A stretch of 64,000 nucleotides of DNA from Spirochaetia bacterium. Lineage in GTDB: Bacteria > Spirochaetota > Spirochaetia > SZUA-6 > Bin103. Each line of letters opens with the position of its first letter. Within the stretch, counting starts at the first letter, position 1. The notes beneath the pieces are model-generated. The model saw only the letters and a list, made by a program, of their open reading frames with translations, searched no databases and was not told the DNA's origin. The DNA lies in NCBI GenBank assembly GCA_965203055.1, contig OZ241863.1, forward strand, positions 4,448,001 through 4,512,000, read 5' to 3'. Position numbers and translations under genes: made by a program. Positions 61,529-64,000 of this stretch are shown here, piece by piece.

Positions 61529-62095
61529 CTAGGACGCGGCCTCCGAGCCGGCGCGGCGCTCGGTCGGGCTGAAGTGGAATCCGGCATCGTACAGATAGCC
61601 TTCCGCGCGCTCTCGTTCCGCAGGTTGCTCCAGCGCGGCCGCCAGTTCGGCAGTTGCGCACAGGTAGATGTGGCTGCCCAGGTCGCCGCCGCGCGTCAGG
61701 AGAAACGGCGTCGGAACCTGGCTCGCGGGGTCGAACTTGCGGCACTCTCGAACGGCAACGGACATCATCTCGTCGGCGTCGGTGTCGTGGTGATGCAAGG
61801 TCATCACCGCCAGATAGCGGCCGAGCGGCTGGTACGGCGGCGGCGCGGTTGCGGGCCAGTGCCTCAGGTAGCCTTCGATCATGTACAGGCCCACGATCCC
61901 ACCGGGCCATGAGCGGTCGGGATCCGGCTCCTCCGCCCAGACCAGGACGGAAGGCGCGTTGTGTTCCCGCCCTTCGACTTCCCAGCTTGCGGAGCGTTCC
62001 AACCAGCGAGTCGTGGGGCAGGCGGTCAACATCAGTGCTGCCGCCGCCAGCAATGGGGCCGCAGCCTTCGCGTGCAACGCTCGGCTTGTGCTCAT
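61529..62095 (-). CDS. Hypothetical lipoprotein
   Basis: MSTSRALHAKAAAPLLAAAALMLTA-C lipobox; GGAGG upstream. Confidence 0.6.
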   Translation of the reverse strand: MSTSRALHAKAAAPLLAAAALMLTACPTTRWLERSASWEVEGREHNAPSVLVWAEEPDPDRSWPGGIVGLYMIEGYLRHWPATAPPPYQPLGRYLAVMTLHHHDTDADEMMSVAVRECRKFDPASQVPTPFLLTRGGDLGSHIYLCATAELAAALEQPAERERAEGYLYDAGFHFSPTERRAGSEAAS

Positions 62096-62196
62096 CTTTT
62101 GTTGCACCTCCACCGCAACGGTAAGCATACGAGTCTTGCGCGGGCAAGCGTTCGGCTCCCATATATCGACAAATGCGGCGCGGTACCCGCAGCAGA

Positions 62197-62269
62197 TCGG
62201 GATGAGAGGACTCGAACCTCCGATCTCCTGCTCCCAAAGCAGGTGCCCTGGCCCCTGGGCTACATCCCG
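62197..62269 (-). tRNA. tRNA-Pro(TGG)
   Basis: CGGGATGTAGCCCAGGGGCCAGGGCACCTGCTTTGGGAGCAGG...GGTTCGAGTCCTCTCATCCCGA. Confidence 0.93.
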
Positions 62270-62280
62270 GATACCTGATG

Positions 62281-62309
62281 ACTATAGGAATGGCCGGCCC
62301 CGCGGTCAA
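62281..62309 (-). promoter_or_regulatory. sigma70 promoter of tRNA-Pro
   Basis: Minus strand TTGACC-17 bp-TATAGT, 11 bp upstream of the tRNA. Confidence 0.7.
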
Positions 62310-62338
62310 CCGGCCGGCGCGGTGCGCGCGGGCCGCGG

Positions 62339-63571
62339 CTACACGAAGTCGCGCAGCGTGACCGGCCGCCCGCCGCGTTCGCCTCGGCCTGCCAGGCGCG
62401 CCGCCAAGGCCGCGGTGGTGACGTCCAGCAGCACGCCGGTGCCGATCAGCAGCGGCGCAATGGGCTGCATGATCAGGTAGCCTTCCCGCAGGCCGTGCCC
62501 GGACAGGGTCCACAGCAGCGCCAGACTTGCCATGGCGCCGTGTCCGGGAGCGGCGCCTGCCGCGAAGGAGATGAGGATGGTGAACAGCGCCGCCCACAGC
62601 ACCTGGCCGGAGCTTACCTCGAAGCTGGTGTAGGAGCGCAGCACCAGCAGGTAGCTCAGGCCGGTCACGAGGCCGGTTCCCGCGCGCCCGAACAGCGTGA
62701 ACAGCGGGACCGCGGCGGAGGTCACCATGCGCGGCAGCCCGAACGATCCGCGCCCGTGGACCAGCAGCGAGCCCGCGCCGACGTACGCGTCGCCGGTAAC
62801 GGCTCCGGTCAGGGCCGGCCCGAGCGCGGCGTAGAGCCACCGGTAGGGGTTGGTGCGCTCGCCGAGGAGGTAGAGCAACGCCGGGAACACGCCGAGGTAG
62901 AGCACGATGACGACGATGACGAGGACGATGATCAGCTCCCGGTACAGCGCCAGCTCGGCGGCCCCGAGCGTGAGCAGCATGGCCGCGCTGATCACCACGA
63001 TGGCAATCCAGAACACTTCCGCCACCAGGGCATTGATCTGAAAGAACAGCCGTGACAGGGCATCGGTGAGCTGCAGCAAGGGGGCGGTCGCCGCGGCGTC
63101 GAAATCGATGTTGAAACCCAGCACCAGCGCCAGCACGACCACCGGCAGCAGCAGCGCGCCGTCGCTGACGAGCGCCTGGAACAGGTTGGCCGGCACTACG
63201 CCGGCGGCAGTCTCCAGCAGGCCGGGAAGCCGGTAGGTCCCCGGATCGGCGATTACGACGATGGGAATGCGCTCCGGCGCCAGCAACAGCACGGAAGCGA
63301 TGCCAACACCTGTCAGCAGGATGGTGCTGCCGGCCAGACAGAGCGCCAGGCGCCGGTAGACGCGCCACGCCGCGCCCGCAATGCGCAACTCGTGGGTGCC
63401 GATGACCAGTCCGAAGAAGACCACGGGGAAGACCGCGTAGCCGCCGAACCGGGTGGCGAGGCGCGCCAGCGACGGCGCCAGCTCGGCGGCCGGGCCGCCG
63501 CGCCGGCTCAACAGCGCCCCAATCAACAACCCGGCGCCGGCCGCCAGGATGGTCTTGAGCCAGATCTTCAT
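62339..63571 (-). CDS. Dicarboxylate/amino acid:cation symporter-like membrane protein
   Basis: Multiple TM segments, VPANLFQAL, NPYRWL, PLFTLFGRAGT. Confidence 0.75.
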   Translation of the reverse strand: MKIWLKTILAAGAGLLIGALLSRRGGPAAELAPSLARLATRFGGYAVFPVVFFGLVIGTHELRIAGAAWRVYRRLALCLAGSTILLTGVGIASVLLLAPERIPIVVIADPGTYRLPGLLETAAGVVPANLFQALVSDGALLLPVVVLALVLGFNIDFDAAATAPLLQLTDALSRLFFQINALVAEVFWIAIVVISAAMLLTLGAAELALYRELIIVLVIVVIVLYLGVFPALLYLLGERTNPYRWLYAALGPALTGAVTGDAYVGAGSLLVHGRGSFGLPRMVTSAAVPLFTLFGRAGTGLVTGLSYLLVLRSYTSFEVSSGQVLWAALFTILISFAAGAAPGHGAMASLALLWTLSGHGLREGYLIMQPIAPLLIGTGVLLDVTTAALAARLAGRGERGGRPVTLRDFV

Positions 63572-64000
63572 CGGGTCCAGCGTTGCCGAGGCAATGCGCG
63601 GCAGTCAACGGCGGCCCGAGGCGGCGGGCCGCCCGCCTCCGGGCCGCCTGCCATGCCGCGGTCGATCGACCAGCGCTGCGCCAGCGCCTCGTAGCGTTGC
63701 GCCTCGCCGAGTCGGCCGCGCTTGCGACAGCCGGCGGCGTAGATCCGCGCCTTGCGGGCCAGCTCCGCGCAGGCCGCGGCGTGGCGGGGAGATGCCGCCC
63801 CGAAGTGGCCGGCGGCAACCAGGTCGTGCAGTGCCCGCAGGCGGAAGATTTCGATCTGGCCGTAGCGTTCCGATAGCTGATCCGCGTGGCCGGCGCGTTT
63901 GACCACCAGTTCCTGCATGACGCAGCCCACGCGGTAGCGGGCCGTCAGGCGCAGCCAGAGTTCGTAATCCTCCGCTATCTCCAGGTCTTCGCGAAAGCCG
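63568..64000 (-). CDS. Glycosyltransferase family 2, C-terminal part (runs off the right edge)
   Basis: GFREDLEIAEDYELWLRLTARY...VVKRAGHADQLS. Confidence 0.8.
   Translation of the reverse strand, partial: GFREDLEIAEDYELWLRLTARYRVGCVMQELVVKRAGHADQLSERYGQIEIFRLRALHDLVAAGHFGAASPRHAAACAELARKARIYAAGCRKRGRLGEAQRYEALAQRWSIDRGMAGGPEAGGPPPRAAVDCRALPRQRWTR

Overview
High-GC bacterial chromosome segment; the gene content and order are compatible with a Spirochaetota-like organism, which is an inference only. From left to right it holds the 5' part of a SNF2 helicase and a SUF Fe-S operon (rrf2-sufB-sufC // sufD-sufS-sufU-nfu). The operon is split by a ~7.6 kb, lower-GC, opposite-strand two-gene island: an ~850 aa protein whose C-terminus is a complete but diverged ribosomal protein uS5 domain, followed by a 1633 aa DEAD/DEAH-DUF1998 helicase (Druantia DruH/DruE-like layout). 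Both halves of the suf operon carry their own sigma70 promoter and a 25-bp IscR-type operator. Next come an HD protein, aspartokinase-thrB-thrC, an epimerase, a C-protein-controlled type II R-M system (PvuII-type C-box, BseCI/BanIII-like methylase), a LysR regulator, and a 7037 aa repeat-rich adhesin with a C-terminal beta-barrel. The rest is housekeeping genes (polyprenyl synthase, rhomboid, OppA, CarD with an H1-like extension, nth, clpX, clpP, tig, msrB, glyA) and seven tRNA genes. The best candidate for a new system is the uS5-fused partner plus helicase island. All family calls come from motif recognition by eye; no searches were run.
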